A stretch of DNA of 62,968 nucleotides, the filler included, from Octopus bimaculoides (lineage: Eukaryota), in NCBI RefSeq assembly GCF_001194135.2. It is 4 parts of 3 records of this genome, joined end to end, with 100 filler letters (N's around TTAATTAATTAA, not from the genome) between each part and the next. Parts side by side here need not be neighbours in the genome. Positions count along the whole stretch, not along the records: positions 1 to 24,716 come from NC_068986.1; positions 24,817 to 51,699 come from NC_068981.1; 2 more parts are not named here. One strand, given 5' to 3'. Under the pieces are notes generated by a model. The model ran no database searches. It saw only the letters and a list, made by a program, of their open reading frames with translations, and was not told the DNA's origin. Every line of letters starts with the position of its first letter. Within the stretch, counting starts at the first letter, position 1. Below, piece after piece: positions 12,371 through 26,172 of the stretch. The position numbers and the translations under genes were made by a program.

Positions 12371-13319
12371 CACATAAAGTAATAAAATGCCAAATAATAG
12401 CATCTTTACCATTTCCTATACAGATCAGGTTGGTTTGTTTCGTTCGTATTATCTAGTTTCGACTCCAGTTAATATATCACATCCATATTTAAGATGGAAC
12501 AACGTCTGCGACAGTTTAAGATGTTAAGGCAAAGTGTTGTGAATGTGTGCTGGAGAGGCGAAATCTTAAAGAAATGAAACTCAGCCACTGGGGTTTCCAC
12601 TTGATGAGGGTCAACCAGTAACTTCAACGTTTCCCTTGAAACCATTAAAGAATAAATCGTTCTATGGTTTCAATAATAAAATTTTACTTAATAACTAATT
12701 CCTTTCTGCATCTAAAGAATTCTCTCGACGATTAAACGAAAGAAAAAAAAATGTTTGCTGTTAAGTTGAAATATTTTAATAATTGTTAAAAGAAAATATC
12801 TGAAAAGAATCTTGTAAAGATTTAGTTATTGATCACCAACAAAGGAATTGTTAACAATATATTAAAGAAGATTCAATTGATTTATCTGGAGGGAAAGAGG
12901 AATCAAAAGAATTGTAGAATATATGGAATAAGTCAATATTTAGTCCTCTTGTGTTTATAGTTTTTAAAACTAAATATTAAGACTTATACCAAAAAAGTAA
13001 AATTCCGTTTCAAATGATTTAGAATCGATTATTTTTGACTTTGTATCATGTCGATTAAAAGAAATTTTTGAGTACAGAGAGTACAAAAGTTATTGAGCAC
13101 AAGAAGCTTAACCACAGATACGTGACACACCGTTCGTAAATTTTTATTCTGCTGAAAACGTTGTGTTGTGATTTGGATTAAACACTCGGACTCACTGAGT
13201 CAAACAGAGCATTGGTTCCTTTCGCCTGATTGCAAGCCCCCACCGACTTCTTCAAAGATATCTGAATAAATTGGTGATGCCTTTAGGCTGAAATGGTTAT
13301 AACAAACTTATTCCTTATT

Positions 13320-13830
13320 ACAAGTTGTGGCGACACGATCAGGTAGCTAAAGTGCTACATTGGAAACTGAGCGAAAAGTGGGGGCTAGAGAGAGGTAAGA
13401 CGTGGTATGAGCTCAAACCACAGAGAGTGGCGAAGTTGGAGACTAGCAAGATCCTCTGGGATTTCCCAATCCAAACCAGGTGCTTGAGCATAACAGACCG
13501 GACTTAGTGATAGTAGAAAAGATGCACCATATATGCTATATAGTTGATGTTGCATATCCCTTTGACCTACGAAGAGCCAAGAAGGAAGGCGAAAAGATAG
13601 ATGAATACAACCCTCTTAAGTACGAAATATCCCGGCTATGGAAAATGAAAAAGGTGAAGATGGTGCCAATTATTGTTGGGTCTTTGGGGACAGTATCAGA
13701 AGGCATCAAGATGAATATAAAGGAAATTGGAATAGAGTGCCCAGTAGAAATGCTACAAATGGTTTGCCTCCTTGGTACACCCAGAATAATCAAGGGAGTA
13801 TTAGATATCTGAAAAGAACTGATAGCATGG
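13320..13830 (+). mobile_element. 3' end of an R4/Dong-like non-LTR retrotransposon (restriction-like endonuclease)
   Basis: RHDQVAKVLHW..ILWDFPIQT, then (frameshift) HNRPDLVIVEK..IVDVAYP..EKIDEY..PIIVGSLG. Confidence 0.85.
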
Positions 13831-13934
13831 TACCGTAGGCATCAGGTAGAAATCCCGTTTCGCATGTAAAACTTCAGGAGTTCCAATAAAATCTGTGATA
13901 AAAAGAAATAATAATGATCCGTTCTACTATATGC

Positions 13935-14125
13935 ATAAAGCCTGGAATTTGAGGGGCGGAGATAGTCGATAACATCGAACCCCAGTACTTGACTGGTACT
14001 TAATTTATCGACCCCGAAAGGATGAAAGGCAAAGTCGACCACGGCGGAATTTGAACTCAGAACGTAGCTACAGACGAAATACCGCTAAGCATTTCGCCCG
14101 GCGTCCTAACGATTCTGCCAGCTCG
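13935..14125 (-). mobile_element. SINE family A, well preserved
   Basis: ACTGGTACTTAATTTATCGACCCCGAAAGGATGAAAGGCAAAGTCGACC..GGAATTTGAACTCAGAAC. Confidence 0.88.
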
Positions 14126-14422
14126 AATAATGCATATTTTGCACTCTGGAAGGATTCCCATTAATGTTAAATTGAAAAATAAACTCAAAAGGTTTTTATC
14201 TACCTTCTCACCTCTTTCTACAATGCAACACCCGAGAAACCCCCTACCCCTGTATTTCAAACCAGCAAATTAATTTGGCCGCCAAACCCGGCACTAAACA
14301 TTGTCTTCTCAGTCAGTCTTTCTTATAACTTTAATAAATCTTTAGGACCTTCTCTTTGCCAACGATTTGCCAATACAGGTTCAAATTGAACATTAATCTC
14401 ACCAAAGGCTATGCTTCTAAAT

Positions 14423-14483
<61 letters not shown>

Positions 14484-14484
<1 letters not shown>

Positions 14485-14702
14485 GTGGTAAGTGCAGAAT
14501 TTGTGGACAAAATGGTGAAACCGTATGGCATATTACCAGTCAATGTACGCCACTAGCCCAGAAGGAATATAAGAGACGCCATGACAATATAGCAAGCCTT
14601 GTCCATTGGACACTTTGCAACAAGTATGGACTTGACAGAGCAAAAAATTGGTACGACCATAAACCCGAAGGCATCATCAAAAATGATAATGCAAAGATAC
14701 TG
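14484..14702 (+). mobile_element. R4/Dong-like CCHC zinc-knuckle segment, inverted relative to the adjacent RT
   Basis: CRICGQNGETVWHITSQC..RRHDNIASLVHW..NAKIL. Confidence 0.88.
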
Positions 14703-15990
14703 CTCAGTGCCATAGATTTGCTTGTCAGTTGTTTGACCTTAACCAGTTGAGCATGTCCCTTGGTGGCTGACATTATGTGCATCCCTGTAATGTCGGGAAA
14801 GATGCCGTTTCCTTGGTAATCTGATTTTCTGTATTTTATCTAAGATAACTTCATTTTCATCACGTGCTTTCTGTAGGTATTTCTGTAGTCCTATGGTAGT
14901 TATTTTGCAATAGTTTTCTAGCTGTATAAGGCCTCTACCACCTTCCATACGTTGTATATATAATCTTTCTATGTCAGATTTTGGGTGGTGCATCCTAAAT
15001 TCTGTCATTATTTTTCTTGTTTTGCTGTGAATTTTGATTAGTTCATTTAGAGTCCAATAACAATATTATAGCTGTAACTTATAACTGGGACGGCTAGAGT
15101 GTTGATACCTATTATCTTGTTTTTCACATTGAGCTCTGTTTTCAGTATTAATCTAACTCATCTACGCTATTCTTTCTTATCTTCTCTTTCATATGTGTTT
15201 GTTGTATCGTATCTAGTTCATTGATTCCTAAGTATTTGTATATCTGGCTTTGGTCTAATTCTCTTATTTCATTTGCTTTATCTAGTGTGATGTTGCTACT
15301 CTTGACTAGTTTCCCTCTTTTCAAGTTTGCTTTGGCACATTTTTCTAAGCCAAATTTCAAGTTTATTTCTTTGGTGAATCCATGTATTGTGTGTATTAAC
15401 GTTCCCAGCTGTTTATCATTTATAGCGTCCAGTTTTAGGTCATCCACATATAAAAGGCGGCTGATTGTTTTGCCGTAACAGTTGTATCCACATCCAGTTC
15501 TGTTTAGCATGTCAGATAAGGGTGTCGGTGCTAAGCAGTGCTAAGGAGTGGAGAGAGCGTGTCTCCCTGGAATATTCCTCTTCTAATGGGGATGGCTTTG
15601 GTTTTTATGAATCCCTCTTTTGTCGAGAACTGTAGCACTGACTGCCATTTATTCATGGAATGCTTTACATATTTTATAATTAATTAGTGATACTACCTTG
15701 TTCATTGCTAGTGTTTCCAGGATCCATGTGTGGGGAATACTATCAAAAGTCTTTCGGTAATCGACCCAGGCTATACTTAGACGCCTCTTCTTTTTGCGGC
15801 TGTCTTCAATTATGGCTTTATTGAACAGTAGCTGATTTTTACAGTCGTGTGAGCCCTTGTAGCATCCCTTCTGTTCTTCTGGAAACAGGTTATTTTCTTC
15901 CAGATGTCTGCTAATTCTCTGCGATATTATTGCAGTAAATGCTTTGTAAATTGCAAGGAGACAAGTTATCGGTCTGTAATTCTGTGGGTT
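14703..15990 (-). mobile_element. R4/Dong-like reverse transcriptase and thumb, degenerate
   Basis: ISRLLYVDDLKL, NLKFGLEKCAK, YKYLGINE, HHPKSDIERLYI.R.EGGRGL. Confidence 0.88.
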
Positions 15991-16012
15991 TACCGTTTCA
16001 GTGGTTTTGGGA

Positions 16013-16039
16013 ATTATTATTATTATTATTATTATTATT

Positions 16040-16138
<99 letters not shown>

Positions 16139-16201
16139 CTTCTTCTTCTTCTTCTTCTTCTTCTTCTTCTTCTTCTTCTTCTTCTTCTTCTTCTTCTTCT
16201 T

Positions 16202-16231
<30 letters not shown>
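16013..16231. repeat. Compound microsatellite (ATT)n(GTT)n(CTT)n
   Basis: Direct reading. Confidence 0.95.
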
Positions 16232-16232
<1 letters not shown>

Positions 16233-16405
16233 TAAAGTAATGTTATACCAATTCTATACACTTCAAAAATTATTGATTTATTTTGAATGACTAAGATTAA
16301 AGGCGTATACATACATACATACATACATGCATCCATACATGCATACATACATACATACATACGCACAAGCCCGCAAACACACACACATGCATACATGCAT
16401 ACATA

Positions 16406-16436
<31 letters not shown>

Positions 16437-16613
16437 CATACGCACAAGCACGCACGCACGCACGCACACATACATACATACCATAATGCAACTTTTGCCT
16501 GAAGAAACAAACACACGTGTTAATATTCCCCCTAAAAACCATGAATTTTGCAAATCCTATTTTGTAATATCCTATGGAAGGGGAAGACAACTAAAGCATG
16601 AGATTTGGAGAAA

Positions 16614-16662
<49 letters not shown>

Positions 16663-16959
16663 GCACACAGACACACACACAAACACACACACATACGCAG
16701 ATACAGACGCATACACACAGAGACACACGCACAGACACATATACAGAGGCACACAGACAGACAGACAGGCACACACAAAAGCATACTCTGCCTAATTGTG
16801 AAGACCATTTGGGGATAAATGTCTGGTTTGTAGAGGTGTTAGGTAAGAGCGTAAACTATTTTTGAGTATATACCATCTGTCTTAACGCTTTCTCTGTCCA
16901 TATTTACTCTATTTTACATGGAAATCTTTTGTGGAAACAATCAGTCGTTGCTTTGACAA

Positions 16960-17640
16960 ACACCAATTTTTAAACGTTGACATTATGGGATCAACTATTT
17001 TATGGTGATTACTTACAAAAACTAATCTTTATCCAAATTTATATGATTGGTGTTTATCTCTACTTTCTGTGGTATTAACCTAATGATAGTTAAATACATC
17101 TTCCTGTCAATGGAGACGTTGATCTATCGCAAGTGGTTTTCCTCGTGGGTGTGAATTTCACTCGGCACTGAAAACAAGAGAATCACTCGTCAGTTACACA
17201 GCGCTGTCTCTTCCTACAGCGATAGATTATATCGCTCTGTATTACAGACTTAGAGATTGATGAATTGGACCATTAAAAACGTTAGCGTCTTGAATACAGA
17301 CAAGGCTGTTCTGGTGTAAATACACAAATCATCGGCCTCTCGGCTGCTGATCCGGTTCGTTATCAACTCGGCTGTCTTTCAATGTGTGAAAGACAGATGC
17401 AAATAACATAAATATAACCAAAATACTGTACGGTCTACACGTCTAGCTAATCGCGGGGTCCTGACCCTTAATTTACTGTCTAGTTACTGACAGCTGTACG
17501 GTTCCACGCATCTAATGGATTGTGTGCATCCATACATTTAAACTCTTTGGTTGTGTACATCCAAGTTATTGGTAGATGTTATATCTTAATTATTATCTGA
17601 TTCCATACTTGTCAGTTGCTCTCTTACTCTTCTCTCTATA
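16960..17640. repeat. Diverged duplicated unit, copy 2 (paralogue of 6600-7620), same orientation
   Basis: Same conserved blocks as copy 1, in the same order. Confidence 0.8.
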
Positions 17641-17734
17641 CTTACAATATTGTGTGATGGGATGCACGTTAGCTACAACTGTATAGTTGTAGCTAACGTG
17701 TATCACATCACACAACCGTATAGTTGTAAGCATC

Positions 17735-17768
<34 letters not shown>

Positions 17769-17818
17769 CACACACACATACACACACACACAGACATACA
17801 CAGATACACAGACACACA

Positions 17819-17850
<32 letters not shown>

Positions 17851-19888
17851 NNNNNNNNNNNNNNNNNNNNNNNNNNNNNNNNNNNNNNNNNNNNNNNNNN
17901 NNNNNNNNNNNNNNNNNNNNNNNNNNNNNNNNNNNNNNNNNNNNNNNNNNNNNNNNNNNNNNNNNNNNNNNNNNNNNNNNNNNNNNNNNNNNNNNNNNNN
18001 NNNNNNNNNNNNNNNNNNNNNNNNNNNNNNNNNNNNNNNNNNNNNNNNNNNNNNNNNNNNNNNNNNNNNNNNNNNNNNNNNNNNNNNNNNNNNNNNNNNN
18101 NNNNNNNNNNNNNNNNNNNNNNNNNNNNNNNNNNNNNNNNNNNNNNNNNNNNNNNNNNNNNNNNNNNNNNNNNNNNNNNNNNNNNNNNNNNNNNNNNNNN
18201 NNNNNNNNNNNNNNNNNNNNNNNNNNNNNNNNNNNNNNNNNNNNNNNNNNNNNNNNNNNNNNNNNNNNNNNNNNNNNNNNNNNNNNNNNNNNNNNNNNNN
18301 NNNNNNNNNNNNNNNNNTATATATATATATATATATGTATGCATATATGTGTTTATTTATATATAGTAAACACACTTTATCTTAGTGTGACGAGTGTTTG
18401 GGGATAAAAGCCAGGTTAATGAGAGCTCATTATTGGTAAACTAACATTTGAAATTTTCAATATATTCAAATTTACTTCAGGTTCCATAAACACAAACTCT
18501 TGCTCTCTAATTAAGCTGTAAACACCTGAAGGGTTTTCTGTGATGTCTAGAATATTTTGACAAATATCAAGCTAAAATATTTATTTCACAACATAGCATA
18601 TCACAGAAGCTACTGTGTATAGGTAAATGTAGGTATTACAAGGAAAAAAAAAATATTTGTATAAAAGAGAAAACTTCCCTACTACGAGGTCTTGTGCAGT
18701 ATGTGGATGTAGAGTGTGAGCCATTTTTAGGCCGAAGCTGAATGAAGATCTGATAGGGGTAGAGGCAGTTCTTATTTTGTAAAAACCGGGTTTGGAGATG
18801 AGAAACAATTGGAGAGAATTTGGAGAGTTTTTTGTGTTCATAAACGATTTAAGGTGATGATTATATCAATTTGCCGTGGAGAGATGAGGAGGACAAAATA
18901 TTTGGTTTCTGCGCGAGAAAGGGAGAGCAACAGATAAAAAAAAAATCGGTGTAAACGTTGAAGTACTAAATATTATGTCTTTGATGTTAGGGAGTTGTGG
19001 GTGGTTGGAACATATGAAGACATGTTAAAACAGAGATTTAGAGGAACGAGGAAAAGAAGCTTCAGATGTGAGGAAATGAAAGCATCTATTGTTGTTGTTA
19101 AGGGAAGAAAATGGTGAGTTGAGTAGATTTTAGATATTCTCTGATAGATGTGTGGATTGTGTGAGAATAAGGCGAGTGGATTGCCGGCTGTTACCAAATC
19201 TTAAGAATGTCTTCATAGAAGAGGGATAATAGCAGACTTAGGATGATTCTAATTCGTTTATATTTTCCTTATTTCATTTGTGCAGGAGTAGTACGGAAGG
19301 AAGAGGACTACAAATGTCGCTAAGCCTTAGTTCGGTTCCCATCTGGAATTTAGGAACCACTAATGGGCCTCTCCGGATCTTGCGTTTACTGAAATACCAT
19401 TCATGAATTGGCAAAGAGAGAATATGGCATTTTGCAGCACCGTAGTAGAAAAACCTCTCGAAAGGGCTGTGCCATTTTACTGCTTCTGTTGGGAATCCTT
19501 TCTATCAAACTGCAACCCTTTTCAGTGGAAAGTATTGTTGGAAGTTACACAAAAAGGCATCGATTTGTCGTCATCCAATGACTCGTAACAGAATGGACGC
19601 TGCTATAAGTGGGTCATGGTATTTATCCGGGTGGCTTATTAGGACACTATTCCTCACTTCAAACCATGTCACGCTGTTTCATAGTGACATCAATCCTAAA
19701 CAACCGGTTTACCGGGATCAGACCCGCCACTGTTCTGCAACGGTCGTTTACTTTTCAGAGTCACCACAGATCCTACGTGGGTTGCCTTCACTGGCAGAAG
19801 TAAGAGTCACTTCCGTCCTGAGGTGATGCTATCATACCAGAATATTAAGTATTTAGAAATAGAGAAAGAGAGAGGGAGAAAGAGAGAA

Positions 19889-19983
<95 letters not shown>

Positions 19984-20214
19984 TATAGTGAAAAAATGTG
20001 AGGTGTAGGTGCAGTGGTGGTGGTGGGAGTGATGTATAATGGGAAGGTGATGGGGATGAAGAAGAGTTGTAGTAATATTATGTAGAAAGAAAGAAGAAAA
20101 AAATCAAAACAAAGAGAAACAGGAATTTAAATAAACCCCAAAGCCGAAAGTTTGAAGAATTTACTCGATGCTGTATGCATTATCTGTTCATAGCGAGGAT
20201 TCAGATATTGGTTC

Positions 20215-20422
20215 CAGATTTTGGCACAAAGCCAGCAATTTCGGGGGGAAGGACTAAGGCGATTAATTTGACCCAGTACTCAAGTGGTACTTAATTTATC
20301 GACTCAGAAAAGATGAAAGGCAAAGTCGATCTCGGCGGTATTTTGAACTCAGAACTTAAAGACGGACAAAATGCTGTTAAACATTTTGTCCGGAATGCTA
20401 ACGATTACGCCAGCTCGCCGAC
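20215..20422 (-). mobile_element. SINE family A
   Basis: GGTACTTAATTTATCGAC..AAAGATGAAAGGCAAAGTCGATCTCGG..TTTGAACTCAGAAC. Confidence 0.82.
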
Positions 20423-23400
20423 CTAGTGAGGATCCAAAGATCAATACCAAATGTGACACTCACTCCTGATTCACAGCAACAACTATATTTAGATGTATCT
20501 AACGACGTTGACTCTATTTTTCGCATTTTCTGTTAATTACGATTTTCAAAAAAAAAGTTGGGAGTAATTTTTGCTTTTGCTGTCTTTACAAGAGACCATT
20601 CCTGCGGCGAAGGAATAGAACGGCAATAGTCATTATGAAATCCTTTGTGGAAATGGTAGGGCACCGCAAAATCTCGACTCAAGAACGAGCAATTTCCCAA
20701 TTTACATTTCTTCTTTCCAGGTTTTGAAACTCCCCCAAAACAACAAAAATAAATGCTATGAAAATTAAAAAACCAAAAAAAAAAAAACCAAACAACAAGA
20801 ATTGGATGCCCTAACTTGGTTGGGAATATTGGAAATTATGTCTATTAATAATTCTCTTATGTTGCCTTCGTAGTTTTAGTTTTTGATGTGGCGACTAAAA
20901 AAGGAGCTTGAAACGTTATAGGCATCAAATGACATTTCTGCGATGTGTATTGAGAAAGAAGACAAATCCACAAATCTATAGAGATGAACTAATATAAGAA
21001 CTGGATAAGTTGTTATGATATAGATTTATAGAACATTGTGTAGGATAAAATGAAATATTGGGAACGTGTGGAAACTATTAAAGAAAGAAAGAAAAACGAG
21101 GACCGAATGACCTGAAAGAGTTGAAGTCTAAAAACTGATTTTCATAAGAAAGTTATTGATTCCTGACATAGTTACTAATTGTGGCGAAATGGTGTAGACG
21201 ACAGAAGCAAACCTCAGTACATGGTTCCTTTGTGCGAGAGGATTCCAAACTTTATAACTTGGACTCCATCACTCTACAGCATTTCCACGTTTCATCACTT
21301 TCCAGTAATAACTTTAATGGAAGCATTCACACATTTCTAACGTTCACCCTAATATTAGATCAACGGCACTGGACAGAAACGTGATACAGATTAAGCAGTA
21401 AACTACGATCCCATTAAAAAGCTTTATATATTATTATTTCACAAGGAATTATATATTCAGAAACTGTCTATTCCAAGAGTTTGAGCTGGTCAGATGCAAC
21501 TAAATGCAACAGAGTAGTTCCATAAAATGATTATCAATATAGTACGTGGCTTCCCTGAATCCGAAGAAAATGTGCTGTGTGCTATTGTAGGTTGCGATGT
21601 GATAGATATGTGTTAAGAGAGATAATAAATCAGTCATCGGAGAAGGAGTAATAACATTTTCACCAGAAATTAGGTTAGATTTAATACAACTAAATAGAAA
21701 GCTGAACTTGCTGCTAAACTGGCCATAAAAATGACAAAACCAACGGTGAGAGCGAAGGATAATGAAGTTATGGCATTATATGACTGAAACTTCTTTCGGT
21801 TGAATGGTCTGACTATAAATAAGGAACTACATATTAGTTGTGTTAAAACAGCAGAGGCTGCAATAGTTTCCAAGTGAAATGAAAGAAGCGTTTAGGCACA
21901 TTGAAAAGACATCTACAGACTCTGTAATGCAGACGACTAACGATGCCAGTGAACCAAATTTCTCACATTAAACGTTTTATATCTTATATTATTAGCTCCT
22001 CTAAAGTAGATTTGAGAATAATTTACAAAAAAAAAATAGCGAACGCGTAAATGAAGCGGCAATGAAGCTATATTATATGAGAGGTCGGAACAGACACCGG
22101 AAATTGGTTGGTCTGGCATATTGTAGAAGCTCGAACAGCAACGCCCTCTGTCAAATACATACATACATACATACATACATACATACATACATAAGGAATC
22201 TTGAAATAAAAACTGAATAATGACATGTATACACACATTACAAAATACAGTCAGTAAGCGGAACAGTAAAAATATGCAAGACTTTTTAAATGTGACATTG
22301 TTTTCGTTATTTACATTCCGACGATAGAGCTTTGTATCTTTGTTAGAAAAGAGCTCCTTCCTTAGAGGAAGATTTTAAATGACTAAAAACAGAAGAGAAA
22401 ACACACATATACTACATACGCGTGCGCACACATACACGCACGCACGCACACACATGCATGCATACACTCACACTCACACACACATGAGAGAACGTGGACT
22501 AATTCTATTTTGTTGGAATTGGATCTCGAAGTAGATGTAAAGCTATAAATGATAAGCATGTAATATTGTACATCTAAGCAAGACATTTAATCACCGAGAG
22601 TGCACAACGACTCAACACGTAGTCGGTGCTATGAGTGTGTGTCACTGAATGAAACAGACGAGAAGATTGGACGTGAAATAAACCTGAAAGAAGGAAATTT
22701 GCAGAAATTACCACAGAATCATCGTAATTGCAGAAATTACCCTAAAAAATTCATTGGGTTTTATTTTTATTGTTTTGTGTATGGCCATTTAATGGATTTA
22801 GTTTCTGTTTCTGTTGGAATTTTAGACGAAATAAAGAAAGAGGAAAATGTCTCTGAAGAACTGAAAGAACCACAAAGAATTTCTGGCAGACAAGGAAGAT
22901 TATGGGCGGAGCGAAGGTTTTTCAATGGACGTGGAAACAGAATAAAACCAGAAAATAAAATAAATAAAAGACGAAAGATGAAAGAGAAAATTGAGAATCG
23001 ACAATGATGATTTCAATGAATTGTTGTTACCGAAAGAATGGCGGAATTCCTTGAGATAGTGTTCAAAGGATTTGTTGAAGTTCCAGGAAGCAATATGGTA
23101 ATATTGACATTTTCTTTGAAAATATTATTGATAGAAAAGAGATAAGGGTTTTGGATGTGAGTGACGGCAAGAAGAGAAAGATAGAAAGAAAGGCTGACAA
23201 AAGGGAACTACTTCCCACAGAAAAAGGGTAACGTGTATTTAAGGGAAAATGTATCTTGTATGTGTGTATGTAGGTGTGTGTGTGTGCATGTAAGCGTGTG
23301 TATTCAGGTATGTACGAATGTGTGTATGTATGTGCGTGTGTATGTATGTGCGTGTGTATGTATGTGCGTGTGTATGTATGTGCGTGTGTATGTATGTGCG

Positions 23401-23542
23401 TGTGTATGTATGTTCTCTTCTATTTTTCATTGTATGTAATCTTCCTTTAAGGAAGGAGCTGGTTTCTAACAAAGATACAAAGCTCCATCGTTAGAATATA
23501 GATAACAAAAACAATGCCTCATTGTTTTGCTTATATATATAT

Positions 23543-24357
23543 AATCAAATAAGTAACAGGATGTCAGGTATTAATGCAATATGACCGTTTCAAGCGACTC
23601 CATTTAATTGAAAAAATGCAAGCATTATATCGATTTAAATACAGTACCATCTTCAGTTGCAAAAAATATGGATTTTCAACAGACAAGATATATTAATATA
23701 ATTTTTCTCAAATATCAGAGCTAGAGGATGTACTCTTAATGTTTTCCTAGATCTCATTATAGAGTCTTAAGTTTCATAGTGTAGGTCCCTTTAAATGAAA
23801 ATAATCTCAACCTTACCCTACCTCTTTTTATGAGCATTTACTACTACTGTCTAATTGACTCCTAAAGGTTGTTTCTTTATGTAGTAAGGGGTACTTATGG
23901 CCATAAGAAATTAAGATTAGGGAGAACATCTAATAATATCTATTTATGACCAGCAACCAGCTCTGAACTGCCAACTTATAATGCTCTTAATCCTCAATAA
24001 ACACAGTCTACTAGCCTTAGAGCTTTTGATGGTGATAAGAAGGTAGATAAAAAAAGACATGAATTACAATCCCATGACCCCCACTGTGATCCATTTCTGG
24101 CACTTCAAAATTGTAGTTGTTTTTCTCTTAGCTTATTCTTGCTGCAATAGTGGCAACATGAATTCATCCTCTAGTTTGGATAAAATATTTGAGAAAAATT
24201 ATATTAATATATCTTGTCTGTTGAAAAACCATATTGTTTGCAACTGAAGATGGCACTGTATCTAAATTGATGTAATACTTGCATTGTTCAATTAAATGGA
24301 GCCGCTTGAAACTGTCGTATTGCATTAATTCCTGACATCCTGTTACTTATTTGATTT
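23543..24357. mobile_element. Non-autonomous DNA element with ~180-bp terminal inverted repeats
   Basis: 23543-23723 (AATCAAATAAGTAACAGGATGTCAGG..TTTCAAGCG.CTCC..) is the reverse complement of 24185-24357; no internal ORF. Confidence 0.82.
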
Positions 24358-24666
24358 TATTCACCTTACTTCGAAATATGCGGATAATACCGATTGACTC
24401 GGTGACTCAACTTAACTACCTAATTCAACTGAATCTTAATTATTTCTTATATATATATGTATATATATATTGGGTTCTCATCAGAAGCGTCTACATCATT
24501 CTGACAATCTCCAGAGAAACAAGGAGCCAAACTGTTTATATACTCAACAAATGCAGCAGTTAATCTCTGAAGGAGTCCATAATTTGCATACCGAAAAAAG
24601 TTTAACCCTTTATAAATACCAGTGTCCTGTCGACGGGGATCTTAGTCCACACAGTATCACGGTATG

Positions 24667-24716
<50 letters not shown>

Positions 24717-25249
24717 NNNNNNNNNNNNNNNNNNNNNNNNNNNNNNNNNNNNNNNNNNNNTTAATTAATTAANNNNNNNNNNNNNNNNNNNNNNNNNNNN
24801 NNNNNNNNNNNNNNNNAGTGGTGGTGGTGGTGGTGGTGGTGGTGGTGGTGTGTCTTTAGACGCCATTGTTACTGTTGTTTCTCCCGGCCATTCTCAAACT
24901 AACACCAGGCTCCCTCCAATCCCGTTATTAACGACAACACAGAGTAAGAGTTCGCTGCCACACATTCTTATTCCTTCACCAAGGTGTTGCAATCCTGTTA
25001 AATTTATTATACAATGCAATTTTATCCGCCCAAATTTCAATCCTTATAGCCCTACCTCCTCCTTAGAGGTCCTACTCGGCACCCCTAGGAGAAACACCGG
25101 TTTAGCATTATGTCAGATCTGATTGTGCAGACCTATAAGTATGTTTGCCAACCGTGACCATCCCATCTGGTTGTGTGCGCTTCTGATGCGGAGTATTGAT
25201 GAATGTTAGACTTGTGTGTGACGATTGTGTGTGAGCAGTCGTGGTGTCG

Positions 25250-25500
25250 TATAGGCGGCGAGCTGGCAGAAACGTTAGCACGCCGGGAGAAATGCTTAGC
25301 AGTATTTCGTCTGCCGTTTCGTTCTGAGTTCAAATTCCGCCGAGGTCGACTTTGCCTTTCATCCTTTCAGGGTCGACTAAGTAAGTACCAGTTATGCACT
25401 GGGGTCGATCTAATCGACTTAATCCGTTTGTCTGTCCTTGTTTGTCCCCTCTGTGTGTAGCCCCTTGTGGGCAGTAAAGAAATAAGAAACGTTAGCACGC
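25250..25500 (+). mobile_element. SINE family A with variant tail
   Basis: GGCGAGCTGGCAGAAACGTTAGCAC..GTTCTGAGTTCAAATTCCGCCGAGGTCGACTTTGCCTTTCATCC; tRNA A/B-box-like head. Confidence 0.85.
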
Positions 25501-26172
25501 TGGACAAAACGATTAGTGGTATTTCTTCCAGATTTNNNNNNNNNNNNNNNNNNNNNNNNNNNNNNNNNNNNNNNNNNNNNNNNNNNNNNNNNNNNNNNNN
25601 NNNNNNNNNNNNNNNNNNNNNNNNNNNNNNNNNNNNNNNNNNNNNNNNNNNNNNNNNNNNNNNNNNNNNNNNNNNNNNNNNNNNNNNNNNNNNNNNNNNN
25701 NNNNNNNNNNNNNNNNNNNNNNNNNNNNNNNNNNNNNNNNNNNNNNNNNNNNNNNNNNNNNNNNNNNNNNNNNNNNNNNNNNNNNNNNNNNNNNNNNNNN
25801 NNNNNNNNNNNNNNNNNNNNNNNNNNNNNNNNNNNNNNNNNNNNNNNNNNNNNNNNNNNNNNNNNNNNNNNNNNNNNNNNNNNNNNNNNNNNNNNNNNNN
25901 NNNNNNNNNNNNNNNNNNNNNNNNNNNNNNNNNNNNNNNNNNNNNNNNNNNNNNNNNNNNNNNNNNNNNNNNNNNNNNNNNNNNNNNNNNNNNNNNNNNN
26001 NNNNNNNNNNNNNNNNNNNNNNNNNNNNNNNNNNNNNNNNNNNNNNNNNNNNNNNNNNNNNNNNNNNNNNNNNNNNNNNNNNNNNNNNNNNNNNNNNNNN
26101 NNNNNNNNNNNNNNNNNNNNNNNNNNNNNNNNNNNNNNNNNNNNNNNNNNNNNNNNNNNNNNNNNNNNNNNN

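Noticed and set aside
17150-17200. CTGACGA..GAAA on the minus strand of the duplicated unit
   Set aside because: No stem II or III pairing, and neither motif is conserved in the paralogue.
21670-21873. Hydrophobic 67-aa ORF
   Set aside because: An in-frame stop lies just upstream, there is no ATG, and no family is recognisable.
22600-23007. 135-aa ORF
   Set aside because: A-rich and low complexity with an internal duplication; no motif and no splice support.
24761-24772. TTAATTAATTAA islands inside N runs (also at 51744 and 60625)
   Set aside because: Identical filler within gaps; an assembly artefact.
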